From contig CM082578.2 in NCBI GenBank assembly GCA_040954595.2, positions 2,462,831 through 2,526,830 on the forward strand: a stretch of 64,000 bases of DNA, written 5' to 3'. Shown here piece by piece: positions 62,301 through 64,000 of the stretch. This DNA is from Balanoglossus misakiensis. Lineage: Eukaryota; Animalia; Hemichordata. Below the pieces are notes generated by a model that searched no databases, had not been told where the DNA came from, and saw nothing but the letters and a program-made list of their open reading frames with translations. Every line of letters starts with the position of its first letter. The first letter of the stretch is position 1. Position numbers and translations under genes: made by a program.

Positions 62301-64000
62301 ACCATGTGTAGTAAGTGAAGTGCAACCAGGTTCATCAGAAAAGGTAGATGGGTGCTGGTTAATTAGACCAATGACGTCATTTATTTTACTCTCTGGTAAA
62401 TGTGAAAGTTTGGATGGTAAATCAGCTAAAACTTCTGAATTTGACAACTTCATCTTTTTGGATTCTACTTGTGGTAGTTGAGATTCAATCTCGTCGATTT
62501 CATCTGCTACAACTGTGGCGCACTGTGACTGACAAATAGACTCACCATCTGTACAGTAATAACGTTTGAGCATAATAACGTGACATAATGTACGGGTGTT
62601 GCGTCGATCAGGAGTGATTACGACGTAGTTGACGTCAATAAATTTCTTCTCCACTTGATATGGATCACTGAACTTAACGGACAAAGGATCGCCTCTTATT
62701 TTTAGCAAAACTAACACATTATCACCTGGTTCAAAATGCCGTTCTTTACTGGATTTATCATAATGGGATTTCATGGCCAAATTTTCAGTTTCGTCCATGA
62801 CTTTAGGTTCAGATGTTACCAGAGGAGAAGGATACACCTTAATTCCGGCCAAATCATTTCCAAGGAGAAAATCAACACCGTCAATGGGCAAATTTGAAAC
62901 AATGCCTACAGTCACAGGTCCAGAAACTAGCTCTGACTTGAAATGGACATTACACAAGGGCATGGATATAAAATGACCATCAGTAGCCCTGATCAAAATA
63001 CTTGAATTAACAGGAAGGTCAGACATTCTAGGCAAGATATTGGACAACATCAAAGATTGGGCAGCTCCAGTGTCCCTAAGGATAAGCACTGGTTTATTTT
63101 CATCCCCTGTAGTGGATCTAACTTCTCCCTTAAATATGAAATTTTTATAACTTTCAGGTACAGATTTATCATGGTGAACAACAGGTAGTTTAGCAGTAAA
63201 AGATGGGGAGGGTTGCGCCCGTTTATACTGACTATTATCCAAAACTGTACGCTTAGCAGCTGTATTAATGAATGCAATGGGTTTGGAGGAAGCTGCTTGT
63301 TTTTGGTCTCTTTGCAATAGAAAACAATTTGATTTGACATGTCCCAGCTTTCCACAATGGTAACAAATAGGTCCTTACCAAATGAATTTTGACCCCGTTT
63401 AGTTCGGTATCCATTGTTGGTAGATTTCCTTGATTTTACAGAATGACTATCGTTACTAGATGTCTCTCGAGTTTCTGCTTTTGATTACTCTCTTTAGTCC
63501 ATCTATGATTATACGGAGTGTTAAATTTTCTGTGTGTTAATTCATAATCATCTGCAATCTCTGCTGCTTGTTCCAAATCAAAAACGTTATGTTCATTCAA
63601 ATGGGTGTTAATATCAAGGGGAACACTATTTTTAAATTCTTCCATTAGAATAAGCTTTCTCAAGTTATCAAATGATTCTCCTTCTGAAGAGATCGATACC
63701 ACCTATCAAAAATGAGCTGTTTCTCTCTCGCAAAGTCAACATATGTCTGCCTGGATTGTCGTTTCAAATTGCAAAATTTCTGTCGATAGGCTTCTGGTAC
63801 CAACTCGTACGCTGATCAGATTGTTTTCTTGACCAATTGATAGTCTTGGGATTCTTTATCAGACAGAGACGAGAAAACTTCCTGAGCTTTACCAACGAGT
63901 TCACTTTGCAATAAGGTGGTCCAGTACTCAGCTGGCCATTTAAGTCGATTTGATATGAAATAAGTTTCCACCTCGCTCTCAGAAAATTTAGGCACTAATT

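Larger units (their letters stand above)
51665..64000 (-). mobile_element. Decayed Gmr1-like Ty3/Gypsy LTR retrotransposon (gag-PR-[INT remnant]-RT-RH), running off the window end
   Basis: gag LILMEEFKNSVP and zinc knuckle (ICYHCGKLGHVKSNC, ~63325-63370); protease ILRDTGA..DFLLGNDL; IKQHPYR; RT KIDL.KGYWQVP and PFG.KN; RNase H FKLAVDAS..YSTIEKEAL; many stops and deletions. Confidence 0.92.

Overview
AT-rich animal (probably marine invertebrate) genomic DNA made up almost entirely of nested transposable elements, local duplications and tandem repeats. I see no intact host gene, RNA gene or CRISPR array. Retroelements: a decayed Gmr1-like Gypsy LTR element (51665 to window end, minus strand) carrying three insertions, one of them a 5'-truncated LINE that holds the window's only long clean ORF (571 aa RT); a DIRS/Ngaro-type RT relic split by a 4.6-kb Academ transposon; and an L2 3' end. 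Non-autonomous DNA elements: six TTAA Kolobok-like elements, plus hAT-, Harbinger-, CACTG- and TA-target elements and an element family with TAGACT termini and 9-bp TSDs. Also present: a degenerate spliced minus-strand gene with a TM exon, and several 50-159 bp minisatellites. The most notable structural signals are (i) a ~6-kb locally templated insertion with a 43-bp target duplication and microhomology at both joints, (ii) a second, inverted templated insertion, and (iii) long hairpin elements from two dissimilar families that share a GA-stem-GCA-stem-GA apex. All coordinates were read by eye, and superfamily calls rest on termini, TSDs and remembered motifs, not on database searches.
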